In this document: one piece after another, positions 16,032 through 25,641 of the stretch
Layout of the letters: every line of letters begins with the position of its first letter
Position numbering within the stretch: position 1 is the stretch's first letter
Sequence record: PQ244016.1
Direction: 5' to 3' (one strand)
DNA from: Mycobacterium phage Blubba
Length of the DNA stretch: 32,000 nucleotides
Made by a program: the position numbers and the translations under genes
The notes under the pieces: generated by a model
Databases searched by the model: none
Told to the model about the DNA's origin: nothing
What the model saw: the letters and a program-made list of their open reading frames with translations, nothing else

Positions 16032-17429
16032 ATGGCCACCCTCAAGTACGTCGGCAAGGCCGTCGCCGAAGACCCTGACCTGGCCAACCGTGGCTATGTC
16101 GCCGGGGTCAAGAACGCCGACCTGTCCACCGAGGCCATCGACCAGACCATCAACAACGGGCTCAACAGCTACGCCTCGAAGGTCTTGGTCGACGACGGTG
16201 ACGCGCTGCTGGCCACTCCGCAGTACATCACTGACGCTGACGACCTGCGGCTCAAGCTGGCTCAGCGTGGGGTGCCCAACGGCATCGCCCCGCTGGATGC
16301 CATGGGCCGGATTCCGGCCAGCTTCATCGACGCGCCGACCACCCAGCGGTGGACGCGCGGACCCTGGGCGCCCAACAGCTACTTCGGCTCGCCGATCCAG
16401 GTGAACAACACCGAGGCCACCCTGTTCACCTCGGCCATCACCGACCCGGGATACCCGTATCGACCTGTGGTCTTCGCTCAGATCGATGCGCGTAGCAATC
16501 TCGACACCGAGTGGCCGGTGATCACCGTGCGGGCCGGAGACGAGACCACCGGCGAGATCGTCGCGCGCGGCCTCGGGCTGGCCGACGCCTACGAGTCCTC
16601 CACCATCGGCGACAACTTCGACCGGGCCAACTCGACCACCACCCTGGGTCCCGGATGGGAGGTCACTCGCATCGAGGGCCTGGAGACCGGCGGCACCATC
16701 GGCATCATCAACAACGAGGCCTACTGGGTGCCTGCCTCGACAGCTCAGCCTGCCGCTGCGATCGCCCGCCGGACCGACCCGGACACCGCCACCACCGCCA
16801 CCATCTGGCAGCGCATCGTGGTCAACGCGGGCACCAACGTCGGCGACAACATCTTCAGCGACCGCGTCCCCAAGACCCGCATCTACATGCGGATGAATCC
16901 CACCCGCACTCAGTGGGTGGCCTGGGAGATCACCAACGGCACCTCGGCGAGTTCCGGCGGCAACGGCCAGATCCGTCTGCTCTACGTCGACGGCGCCGCC
17001 GAGACTCAGATCGGCAGCACGGTCAACACCCAGGTGGCCGTCAACATCCCCTGGGTGGCTTACGCCGGGGACTACGCCACCGACGACCAGCGGATGTTCC
17101 GGCTCTATCGCAACGGCGTGCTGGTTCATCAGGTCCGCGACGAGGCGGGGGCGACCGCGATCGGCAACACCAACAGGGGCTGGGGCTTCGGCATGCATGC
17201 GGGCCAGTGGCTGCCGCAGCTCTACCCGTTCCGGATCACCTCGATCTACGCCAGCGACGCGGTGCCCAACTCTGGCCACGTCCAGATCAACCCGCTCAAC
17301 GTCGGCAGCCTGAGCGTGCGCACCGGCGCGACCAACCTGTACGTGCGCATGGCCCGGTCCGGCGCCGCCGCCACCGTCACCGCCTTCCCCTACCGGCCAC
17401 GGCTGTGGGCCCTGGCCGTCCCCGCGTAA
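16032..17429 (+). CDS. Minor tail protein, variable C-terminal part
   Basis: 465 aa; N-terminus MATLKYVGKAVAEDPDLANRGYV, then VPNGIAPLDAMGRIPASF. Confidence 0.65.
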   Translation: MATLKYVGKAVAEDPDLANRGYVAGVKNADLSTEAIDQTINNGLNSYASKVLVDDGDALLATPQYITDADDLRLKLAQRGVPNGIAPLDAMGRIPASFIDAPTTQRWTRGPWAPNSYFGSPIQVNNTEATLFTSAITDPGYPYRPVVFAQIDARSNLDTEWPVITVRAGDETTGEIVARGLGLADAYESSTIGDNFDRANSTTTLGPGWEVTRIEGLETGGTIGIINNEAYWVPASTAQPAAAIARRTDPDTATTATIWQRIVVNAGTNVGDNIFSDRVPKTRIYMRMNPTRTQWVAWEITNGTSASSGGNGQIRLLYVDGAAETQIGSTVNTQVAVNIPWVAYAGDYATDDQRMFRLYRNGVLVHQVRDEAGATAIGNTNRGWGFGMHAGQWLPQLYPFRITSIYASDAVPNSGHVQINPLNVGSLSVRTGATNLYVRMARSGAAATVTAFPYRPRLWALAVPA

Positions 17430-17439
17430 GGAGGAGTGC

Positions 17440-18210
17440 ATGGCAACGTTGAAGTACGTGGGCCGCGCGCCCGATGCCGACTTCTCGGTCACCCACAAGA
17501 AGTACGTGACCACCCGGTACAACACGATCCGTGTGGACGCCGACTACATCAACAGCAAGGTTGCTGAGGTGGGCGCCACCCTGGTCACTCCGGCCTACGT
17601 CGCCGCCCAGGACTCGCTGCGGGCCTCCAAGACGGCGGTGGACGCCGCCGATGCCGGATATCTGCCGGTGTCCCAGCGCGCCGTGGCCAACGGTGTGGCG
17701 CCGATCGACGAGGACGGCTATGTCCCCGGCGAGATGTTGCCCACCCTGCAGACCGAGCGCAAGGTCTTCTTCAAGAACGTCGACACGGTGCTGCTGACCG
17801 GTAACCGCGTGGTCACCACGGTCAACGCCAAGGAGTTCCAGGTCGCCTCGATGACCATCCCGGACCCGGGCTTCCCCTACATCCCGCTGGTCTTCGCCAC
17901 CATTCAGGGGGCAGCGGCCAGTGCGGCTGCCAACCCGCTGCGGCACATGGGCACCAACAACTACGGCCAGCTCACCGTGCTCGATGGCGAGAACACCAAG
18001 TACGCCTGGGCCATCTGCGGGTCGCGCAAGACCTACAGTATGTTCACCGCGCTACCGTTTGCTGACCCCGAGGTCAACCCGACCACCAGGCCTGCGATCT
18101 ACGGTTCGTTGGACCTGGGCCTGTGGATCGGCCTGTGGAGCGGCACCACCTTCACCTTTAACCCGACGGGCCTGCGGTTCTACGCGATCTGCTATCCCGC
18201 CATCACCTGA
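17440..18210 (+). CDS. Minor tail protein paralog
   Basis: 256 aa; N-terminus MATLKYVGRAPDADFSVTHKKYV, then VANGVAPIDEDGYVPGEMLP. Confidence 0.65.
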   Translation: MATLKYVGRAPDADFSVTHKKYVTTRYNTIRVDADYINSKVAEVGATLVTPAYVAAQDSLRASKTAVDAADAGYLPVSQRAVANGVAPIDEDGYVPGEMLPTLQTERKVFFKNVDTVLLTGNRVVTTVNAKEFQVASMTIPDPGFPYIPLVFATIQGAAASAAANPLRHMGTNNYGQLTVLDGENTKYAWAICGSRKTYSMFTALPFADPEVNPTTRPAIYGSLDLGLWIGLWSGTTFTFNPTGLRFYAICYPAIT

Positions 18211-18222
18211 GAGGAGTTTGCT

Positions 18223-18978
18223 GTGGCCGGACTTCTGTACATCGGCAAGACTCCCTCGGCCTCGGCGGACGTCGAGACGCGCAAGGACGTCGAGACGGTG
18301 CTCACCGGCGGGGTCTCGCGTGGCTACGTCGACACCCGGGTCGCCACCCTGAGCGCGGCCAAGGCCACCAAGGTCTACACCGACACCCAGGACAGCCAGT
18401 ACGCCACGCCGGACTACTACACCAGCCGTGACGCCCTGCTGGTGCCGAACTCGGCCAAGGGCGCGGCCAACGGTGTGGCCAGCCTCGACGCCACCACCAA
18501 GGTGCCCAATGCTCAGGTGCCGATCCTGGGTCTAGGCATGGCGCGCGGGCCGATCGGGCCGACCAGCGTCGACTTCTCCGGCACCACCGGCGTCACTCCG
18601 CTCAAGATCGCCCAGTGGGATGTCGGCGTCATCCCGGTCACCTCCCAGCTGCTGGCCTTCGCTCAGTGCTCGGTGCAGAGCGTGGGTGGCAGGCCGGTGG
18701 TGGAGATCCGCGCGGGCAACTCCACCCAGACCACCTACGCCAGCCAGACACTGATCGCGATGGGCTACGGCGACTCGTTCTACAACGACTTCCAGATGAT
18801 CCACGTCACCCCGGTCGCGGCCAACGGTGAGGGCCAGGACGGCAACCAGGACGCCTGGGCGGCGACGACCAACCTGCTGGTCAACATGTGGCTCTACGAC
18901 GACGGCGGCGGGCAGTCCTCGATCGCCACCGGCCTGATCTACACCGCCTCGCTGTTCCTGATGCGCACCGCCCTGTGA
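18223..18978 (+). CDS. Minor tail protein paralog
   Basis: GTG start, GAGGAG upstream; MAGLLYIGKTPSASADVETRKDV, then AANGVASLDATTKVPNAQVP. Confidence 0.65.
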   Translation: MAGLLYIGKTPSASADVETRKDVETVLTGGVSRGYVDTRVATLSAAKATKVYTDTQDSQYATPDYYTSRDALLVPNSAKGAANGVASLDATTKVPNAQVPILGLGMARGPIGPTSVDFSGTTGVTPLKIAQWDVGVIPVTSQLLAFAQCSVQSVGGRPVVEIRAGNSTQTTYASQTLIAMGYGDSFYNDFQMIHVTPVAANGEGQDGNQDAWAATTNLLVNMWLYDDGGGQSSIATGLIYTASLFLMRTAL

Positions 18979-19016
18979 GGTGAGCGCTGACCTCCTCGAA
19001 TAGGTGAGGAGGCAAA

Positions 19017-20447
19017 GTGCCCGCATACACACAGGACGGCATCGCCATCGGCATCATCGCCGAGGGGCGACGCTCGCGGTCCGGAGAAGGCCAGCTCGAT
19101 CACCCGGTGATCAGCGAGAAGGGCATTATCATCGCGCTCGCCGTCGCCCTGGTCGAGACCAACCTCAAGATGTCCGCCAACCGGTCGGACCCGGAGAGCC
19201 TCAACTTCCCGCACGACGCGGTCGGCAGCGACGCCAATAGCGTCGGCGTCTTCCAGCAGCGCGCTCCCTGGTGGGGCACGGTCGCCGATCGCATGGACGT
19301 CGCGCGCAGCGCGGCGATGTTCTACAACAGCCTGTATCGCCAGCGCGTCGGCGGCGCCGACTACAACACCGATCGGGTCTCGCCCGGCACCTGGGGCCAG
19401 ATGGTCCAGCAGTCCGCCTTCCCGGATCGTTACGACAAGCGCATGGCCGAGGCCCGGCAGATCTATGACCGGCTCAAGGACCGGGTGGTCGGCGGTACTC
19501 CTACTCCGCCGCCGATCACTGCCCCGGACCCGAACTGGCGCGGCGACCCTGTCTGGCTCAAGGAGGTCCTCGAAGCCGCAGGCCTGGTTTGCCACGTCTA
19601 CGACGGCGCCTACAACCGGGGCCACGGCGACTTCGGCGAGATCTGGGGCGTGGTGGCTCACCACACCGGCAGTTTCGGCGAGACGCCCAAGGGCATCGCT
19701 CAGCACCCCAGTCTGGGCCTGGCCAGCCAGCTCTATCTGGGCCGTAACGGCGAGTACACCCTGTGTGGGGTCGGTATTGCCTGGCACGCCGGGCAGGGCA
19801 GCTATCCCGGCCTGCCGACCAACGACGCCAACCGGCTCACCGTCGGCATCGAAGCGGCCAATGACGGGGGCGGCTCTCCTCCTGGCAAACGCGATGCCTG
19901 GAGCGATGTGCAGTACAACGCCTATGTCCGTGGCGTTGCCGCCATCTTGCGCAAACTCGGTCGGGATTCCAGCCGGGTGATCGGCCATAAGGAGTGGGCC
20001 GGTACCGCGCAGGGTAAGTGGGACCCCGGCGGCATCGACATGAACACCTTCCGCGCCGACGTGGCCCGTGTGATGGGCGAACTTGGCACCTCGACCGACC
20101 CAGTATTGGAGCTACTCGCCATGCCTACCAACCAGGAGAAGCTGGACTTCATCTACAACGAGGAGTCGAAGAAGTTCGCCTCGCGTTCGATCTACCGCAC
20201 TCCGGGTGAGGGCCTGATCGACACTCGGGCCGGATTCGTCCTCAACGTCGACGCCATGGCTCATCAGGAGCTCGTCGACCGGCTGGCCATCCAGTACCAC
20301 GACAGCGACGCCATCGGGCGCATCGCGCGGGTGGCCGCTGGCCAGGGCGCCGACCCCAACGACACCTGGGCAAAGGAGCACGCGCTCACGGTGCTGCAGA
20401 AGATCCCCGAAGAGGTCCTCAAGGCCTGGCAGGAGAAGAACCGATGA
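19017..20447 (+). CDS. lysA: Lysin A: N-terminal lytic domain, central amidase-2-like domain, unassigned C-terminus
   Basis: NSVGVFQQRAPWWGT, typical of actinophage lysin A N-terminal domains; WGVVAHHTGS...GIAWHAGQGSYPG...VIGHKEWA...KWDPGG, typical of N-acetylmuramoyl-L-alanine amidase. Confidence 0.88.
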   Translation: MPAYTQDGIAIGIIAEGRRSRSGEGQLDHPVISEKGIIIALAVALVETNLKMSANRSDPESLNFPHDAVGSDANSVGVFQQRAPWWGTVADRMDVARSAAMFYNSLYRQRVGGADYNTDRVSPGTWGQMVQQSAFPDRYDKRMAEARQIYDRLKDRVVGGTPTPPPITAPDPNWRGDPVWLKEVLEAAGLVCHVYDGAYNRGHGDFGEIWGVVAHHTGSFGETPKGIAQHPSLGLASQLYLGRNGEYTLCGVGIAWHAGQGSYPGLPTNDANRLTVGIEAANDGGGSPPGKRDAWSDVQYNAYVRGVAAILRKLGRDSSRVIGHKEWAGTAQGKWDPGGIDMNTFRADVARVMGELGTSTDPVLELLAMPTNQEKLDFIYNEESKKFASRSIYRTPGEGLIDTRAGFVLNVDAMAHQELVDRLAIQYHDSDAIGRIARVAAGQGADPNDTWAKEHALTVLQKIPEEVLKAWQEKNR

Positions 20448-20854
20448 AGTACTCACCCGCTGAGATCGCCAAGGCGGTCGCGGCCTTTGTCGCCGCGCTG
20501 GGCGGCATGGCCGCTGTGTTGCTGGCCGACGCCAACTTCACCAACGTCGTCCCGGCGAACATCATCGCCATCCTGGGCTCCCTGGTCGCTGCCGGTGTGG
20601 TCGCCGGTGTGGTCTTCAAGGTCCCCAACGCCATCACTCCGGAGCAGGCCGTCAAGGGCGCGGTCAAGGGTGGCACCAACGTGATCAACGACATCATCGA
20701 CGAGGCGCAGAAGGCCGGAGTGCCGCTGCCCGCACCGGTGAACACGGGCATCGACATCGCCCAGCAGCGCATCAGTGACGCCCTGGAGCACCTGCCGGAC
20801 CTCACCTCGCGCACTGCCGTGCAGGACATCGTCAACTCCGTGTTGAAGCGATGA
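20444..20854 (+). CDS. Holin-like membrane protein
   Basis: 136 aa with two N-terminal hydrophobic segments, between lysin A and lysin B genes. Confidence 0.65.
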   Translation: MKYSPAEIAKAVAAFVAALGGMAAVLLADANFTNVVPANIIAILGSLVAAGVVAGVVFKVPNAITPEQAVKGAVKGGTNVINDIIDEAQKAGVPLPAPVNTGIDIAQQRISDALEHLPDLTSRTAVQDIVNSVLKR

Positions 20855-21885
20855 GGGTCCCACCGGTCACCGGCGAGTACGTGGGCCTGGGCCTGGGTGA
20901 CTCGTCCGAAGAGATCTGCAAGATCAAGGAGTTCATGCGGAAGAAGTTCCGCAGCTATGCCGGACACCTTGCGGACACTCCGCACTACGACGAGCAGATG
21001 ACGGCGGTCGTCGCCGAGATGCAGGGCCGGTACAACCAGGACGGCAAGCTGGCCACCGGTAAGTACACCCCGGGCATCATCAACGCCGAGACCAAGTACG
21101 TCATGGGCTACCTGGAGCGCCCGGCAGGCCCGGACAACCGCCCGGTGCTGTTCACCGTGTGCGGCACCGGTGTGCCCTGGTGGGTCGGTCCCGACGCCGA
21201 GACCGCGCGCCAGGTCGAGGATCTCTACCGCTGGCAGCCGGTGGGCTACCCGGCGGCGCCATTTCCCATGGGTCCTTCGATCGAGGCGGGCAAGGCCGAG
21301 CTGCGGGCTCAGATCAACCGCATGGAGCCGGGCTTCGAGCTGCGTAAGCAGGTCGAGCGCAACGGCATGGTGCTGGCCGGATACAGCCAGGGCGCCATCG
21401 TCACCAGCGAGGTCTGGGAGGACGACATCCGCACCAGCGGCCCGATCGTGGGCTGGGCCAAGGATCACGTGCTCAAGGCCGTCGCGTGGGGCAACCCGAA
21501 CCGTGAACAGGGCAAGGCCTATCCCGACGCCGGGGCGCCGCTGGCCGCTGCCGACAGCGCCGGTATCACCGGGCGCCTGATGACCGACACCCCTGACTGG
21601 TGGCGCAACTACGCCCACCAGGGCGACCTGTACACCGCCACCCGGCCCGGCGAGAGCCGCGAGGACAAGGTGGCCATCTGGCAGATCGTGCGGGGCACCA
21701 ACATCCTGTCCGGTCCGGACAGCCTGCTGCGTCAGTTCCTGGAGATCGCTGAGGCGCCGGTGCCCAACGCCATCGCTGCCTTCCAGGCCTTTATGGACGC
21801 GGGTCTGTTCTTCGTCAAGGGCACCCGTCCGCACCTAAATTATAATATAGACACTGCGGTCCGGTACCTTCGTGAGGGTGTGTGA
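20851..21885 (+). CDS. lysB: Lysin B (mycolylarabinogalactan esterase-like)
   Basis: GLGDSSEEICKIKEFMRKKF N-terminal region, PVLFTVCGTGVPWW, MVLAGYSQGAIVTSEVW serine-hydrolase motif. Confidence 0.9.
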   Translation: MRVPPVTGEYVGLGLGDSSEEICKIKEFMRKKFRSYAGHLADTPHYDEQMTAVVAEMQGRYNQDGKLATGKYTPGIINAETKYVMGYLERPAGPDNRPVLFTVCGTGVPWWVGPDAETARQVEDLYRWQPVGYPAAPFPMGPSIEAGKAELRAQINRMEPGFELRKQVERNGMVLAGYSQGAIVTSEVWEDDIRTSGPIVGWAKDHVLKAVAWGNPNREQGKAYPDAGAPLAAADSAGITGRLMTDTPDWWRNYAHQGDLYTATRPGESREDKVAIWQIVRGTNILSGPDSLLRQFLEIAEAPVPNAIAAFQAFMDAGLFFVKGTRPHLNYNIDTAVRYLREGV

Positions 21886-22432
21886 GGAATGGCGCCCAGT
21901 ACTGAACTACGAGGGCTTCTACGAGGTGTCGAACAGGGCCAGAGTTCGATCCGTCGACCGAGTAATCATTCGCGCCCACGGCAGTCCAATGCCGTACAGT
22001 TCGCAGATTCTCGGTCAGTTCAGATCGCCTCCGTCTCACTACTGGACGGTCACGCTGAGACGAAATGGGCAGAAGATCAATCGGCGGGTTCATGCGCTCG
22101 TAGCCGAGGCTTTTATCGGCCCCAAGCCGTTTCCTCATGCCGAGGTGTGTCATCGCAACGGGGACAAGGACGACACTCGCCCCGACAATCTGTACTGGGG
22201 GACGCATTCTCAGAACATGCGGGACTCTGTGAATCATGGCACGCATCACCAGTCTGGCAAGACGCATTGCAAGCGGGGGCACGAGTTCACGCCGGAGAAC
22301 ACCTACATGAATCCTTCGAGCGGCGGACGTCAGTGTCGACAATGCGTACGGGACAAGAGGGGCACCAAGAAGCCGTACGGCCCTCGTTCGCGGTCGACTA
22401 CCTGCGGAGCTGAGCATGGCCCCCAAGCGTGA
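21872..22432 (+). CDS. HNH homing-type endonuclease with NUMOD4-like N-terminus
   Basis: EEWRPVLNYEGFYEVSNRARVRSVDR..., VHALVAEAFIGP, EVCHRNGDKDDTRPDNLYWGTHSQNMRDS, C-terminal CKRGHEFTPENTY...CRQC. Confidence 0.88.
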   Translation: MRVCEEWRPVLNYEGFYEVSNRARVRSVDRVIIRAHGSPMPYSSQILGQFRSPPSHYWTVTLRRNGQKINRRVHALVAEAFIGPKPFPHAEVCHRNGDKDDTRPDNLYWGTHSQNMRDSVNHGTHHQSGKTHCKRGHEFTPENTYMNPSSGGRQCRQCVRDKRGTKKPYGPRSRSTTCGAEHGPQA

Positions 22433-25400
22433 CGACGACAATCTCCCCAATTTTCGACCGCTCGACAGCTTCCGCGAAGCTGTGCGCAACGGTCGCCCCT
22501 GGGACTCGATTGTCGACTTCGTCGTGCATCCGAGCTTCTGTGGCCGGATGCTTTACCCGAGGCAGATGACGCTGCTCAAGCTCATCTACCTCGAAACCGA
22601 GACCATGACCGACTACGACCTCACGGTCATCGGGGAGTGGGCCGACGGATTCAAGAACCGGGCCCAGCCGATAGGCGTGCAGCCCGACATCATGGACCGG
22701 GTCAAGCTGCTCAAGTCGCTGGGATATACCCACTTCCCCCATATCCAGATGGTATTGGGACGCCGTGCGTCCAAGGGCATCATGGGCGGCATCGTCACCA
22801 CCGAGCGCATCGCCTACCTGTACAGCCTGGGCTCGTGGCAGCAGCACTACAACCAGGTGCCCGGCCAGGTGGCGGAAATCCAGGTCGTCGCGCCGAGTCT
22901 GAACCTGTCGGTCACTCGCCAGTTCAAGGACATCCGCAACACGGTGATGGACTGCAAGTACCTGCGCGAGCACATCGTCGGTGACAAGATCACCGAGTTC
23001 TTCATCCGCACGCCCGGTGACGAGCAGACCATCATCGAGAACAAGCTCTCTGGGGTGGACTCCGACCGCGAGATCGCCTCGATCGTCTGTAAGGCCGCAA
23101 CCGCCACCAGCACCTCGGGCCGTGGCGGCACTGGCTTTGTAAACTGCTACGACGAGTACGCGCACATGCTCACCGGCACTGGATCAGCAAAGACCGGTGA
23201 AGAGATCTACGACGCCTTCCAGCCTGCGCTCGACCAGTTCGGCAAGGACGCCATGACCTACCTGGCGTCGAGCCCGTACTGCTTGGCTCCCGACACTCGT
23301 GTGCTCACCGAGGATCTGCGCTGGGTGCCGGTTGGCAGCGTGCGGGCGGGGGATCGTCTTATCGGCTTCGATGAACATCTTCCCGGCGGCAAGGGAAGCT
23401 ATCGAGCATGGCGGCAATCCACTGTCCTGTCCGCCCAGGAGATTCAAGCTCCTCGGTATGAGATCGTCACCGAATCGGGCAAGAGGATCGTCTCCACGGG
23501 GGCTCACACCTGGCTGAGCCGCAAGCCTGCGGCCAAGGGTCGGGGGAAGAATCGTGGGTCCGGTGCGCTCACTCCCATCCTGCGGTGGTGGCGTACTGAC
23601 GAGCTTCGTCCGGGTGACGAGATCAAGACCATGGGAGTTGACCCTTGGGAGACGGACGAATCACGCGAGGCCGGATATCTGGCCGGGTTCATGGACGGCG
23701 AAGGTCATCTGTCAGGTCAGTCTGGGTGCTCGACTGGAGTGTCCTCGTTGGGGTACGCCCAGAATCACGGCGTGGTTTCTGAGACGGTCGAGAAGCTGAT
23801 CCGTGACCGGGGCTATGACCTGGCATCGTATCCGCACAAGGCGGGAAAGCTGGGCCACTACCGGATCGCGGGAGGATTCCCTGAGGTCCTGCGATTCCTC
23901 GGTACGATCCGTCCTGTCCGGTTGCTGGAGAAGTTTCCCGAGAAGTTCTACGGGGGGCGCATTTCGGTGGGCCGGGACAAGGGCATCGATCGCGTCGTGT
24001 CGGTCACGCCGGTAGAGGACGGTCCCGTCGTCGCGCTAGAGACTTCCACCAAGACTCTGGTGGCCGAGGGTCTTTTGACCCACAACTCGAAAATTGGCAA
24101 GTTCTACGAGCTCTACCAGCAGGGCTCGGTCACCCTGCCGGAGTACAACGCCCGTGAGGGCAAGCTGGAGACCACCAGCTTTGCCGAGCGCGCAGTCAGC
24201 CAGGACATCGACGAGGAAGAGGCTTCCGCCACCGTGGCCGAGCCAACGTTCCTCATCGTGCAGCTGCCCAGCTGGGAGCTCTACAAGGACTACGACAAGA
24301 GCCATCAGATCCCGATGCTGCCGGGCAAGAGGCGCACCTTCCCGCACTGGCCGGGGCCGATCCAGTACAAGCCCGACCCCAAGGGCACCCCGGACGAGCG
24401 GGTGCAAGAGCGCCGCCGTCTGCGCAACCCCGACAAGTTCAAGGTCGAGCGTGGTGGCCAGTTCGCCACGGTCCAGGACGCCTACCTCGACGAGAACAAG
24501 GTCGACCAGATGTTCCTGCCGCCGAGCTGGCGTGACCCGCTGTTCCCGCAGGACCGGGGCAAGCTCTCGATGCTCTACCGCGCGCACGCCGACCCCTCGC
24601 GCACCAACGCCAACTTCGGCTTCTGCATCGCCCACCTCGAAGACGCTCCGCCTGATGAACACGGGTATGTCTGGCCGCACGTGATCATCGACGTGCTCAA
24701 GGTGTGGAAGCCCGAGGACTTTCCCGACCACACCCTGGACTACGTGCAGGTCACCGAGGAGCTGGACAACTACCTGACCCGGTTCCCCACCATCGAGAAG
24801 ATGAGCTACGACCAGTTCAACTCGGCGGGCCTGATCAGCCACCAGAAGCGCAAGTTCAGCAACATCCGCATCCTGCAGCAGACGTTCACCGAGCAGCAGA
24901 ACCAGGACAGGTTCGAGAAGTTCAAGAGCGCGCTTAACCTGGGCTGGGTGCACGGCTACCGCGACGACTTCGCCGAGGACGGTCAGTCGCTGCTGGAGCT
25001 GGAGCTGAAGTTCCTCCAGGAGAAGGTCTCCGGCTCCAAGATCAAGGTCGACAAGCAGGACATCGGCCCGGTGCAGACTAAGGACCTCGCCGACTGTGTG
25101 ATGGTGGTGGTCACCGACCTGCTGCACGCCTCGCTGGACCGCTGGTACGCCAGCCTCAGCAAGATGAGTGGCGGATCGACCAACGCCGCCGGGCTCAAGA
25201 GTGGGCGCGAGATGGAGCGGCACTCGATCTTCCAGGCCAACCAGGCCGAGCACCGCGCCGCAACGGCCACCATGGACCCGATGTCGCGCTACTTCGCCGA
25301 CCAGGCCGCGCGTGAGGAGCGCAAGGCCGAGCGGGCCGCGCAGAACCGCGCCACTCTGGAGCGCAACAAGCTCAGCCGGGCGCAGCGGAACATGGGATAC

Positions 25401-25439
25401 GGGGCGCCGCCGGGCCGGACACGCGGGCGTTTCCAGTGA
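22416..25439 (+). CDS. terL: Terminase large subunit precursor (intein-containing)
   Basis: Walker A-like GRRASKG, Walker B VNCYDEYAHM, coupling-motif TYLASSPY interrupted by the intein, downstream RNase H-like region (HVIIDVLKVWKPEDFP...SYDQFNSAGL). Confidence 0.88.
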   Translation: MAPKRDDDNLPNFRPLDSFREAVRNGRPWDSIVDFVVHPSFCGRMLYPRQMTLLKLIYLETETMTDYDLTVIGEWADGFKNRAQPIGVQPDIMDRVKLLKSLGYTHFPHIQMVLGRRASKGIMGGIVTTERIAYLYSLGSWQQHYNQVPGQVAEIQVVAPSLNLSVTRQFKDIRNTVMDCKYLREHIVGDKITEFFIRTPGDEQTIIENKLSGVDSDREIASIVCKAATATSTSGRGGTGFVNCYDEYAHMLTGTGSAKTGEEIYDAFQPALDQFGKDAMTYLASSPYCLAPDTRVLTEDLRWVPVGSVRAGDRLIGFDEHLPGGKGSYRAWRQSTVLSAQEIQAPRYEIVTESGKRIVSTGAHTWLSRKPAAKGRGKNRGSGALTPILRWWRTDELRPGDEIKTMGVDPWETDESREAGYLAGFMDGEGHLSGQSGCSTGVSSLGYAQNHGVVSETVEKLIRDRGYDLASYPHKAGKLGHYRIAGGFPEVLRFLGTIRPVRLLEKFPEKFYGGRISVGRDKGIDRVVSVTPVEDGPVVALETSTKTLVAEGLLTHNSKIGKFYELYQQGSVTLPEYNAREGKLETTSFAERAVSQDIDEEEASATVAEPTFLIVQLPSWELYKDYDKSHQIPMLPGKRRTFPHWPGPIQYKPDPKGTPDERVQERRRLRNPDKFKVERGGQFATVQDAYLDENKVDQMFLPPSWRDPLFPQDRGKLSMLYRAHADPSRTNANFGFCIAHLEDAPPDEHGYVWPHVIIDVLKVWKPEDFPDHTLDYVQVTEELDNYLTRFPTIEKMSYDQFNSAGLISHQKRKFSNIRILQQTFTEQQNQDRFEKFKSALNLGWVHGYRDDFAEDGQSLLELELKFLQEKVSGSKIKVDKQDIGPVQTKDLADCVMVVVTDLLHASLDRWYASLSKMSGGSTNAAGLKSGREMERHSIFQANQAEHRAATATMDPMSRYFADQAAREERKAERAAQNRATLERNKLSRAQRNMGYGAPPGRTRGRFQ
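23280..24086 (+). mobile_element. In-frame LAGLIDADG intein (269 aa) within terL
   Basis: Begins CLAPDTRVLT after extein SSPY; LAGLIDADG-type YLAGFMDGEG; block F/G TLVAEGLLTHN followed by extein Ser (SKIGKFYEL). Confidence 0.9.
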
Positions 25440-25459
25440 CCGGGAATACCCTGTAGCCC

Positions 25460-25512
25460 TGTTATAGTTCTGGCTCAGTGCAACAGCACTCACGCACACA
25501 TAAGGAGCCGCT
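25460..25512 (+). promoter_or_regulatory. Extended -10-like element plus CA-rich leader and SD
   Basis: TGTTATAGT (25460-25468), later CACTCACGCACACATAAGGAG before ATG 25513. Confidence 0.45.
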
Positions 25513-25641
25513 ATGAACCACCACCAGAACGAACCGCCCCGCAGCCCCGGCTGGTCGCTCACCCTGGCCATCGCCTTCGGTGCTGCCGTGATCGTCATCG
25601 TGCTCCACGCCATCCTCACCAACACCCCGTTCGGCGGATGA
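25513..25641 (+). CDS. Small single-pass membrane protein (42 aa)
   Basis: MNHHQNEPPRSPGWSLTLAIAFGAAVIVIVLHAILTNTPFGG with TAAGGAG upstream; ATGA overlap with the next gene. Confidence 0.6.
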   Translation: MNHHQNEPPRSPGWSLTLAIAFGAAVIVIVLHAILTNTPFGG

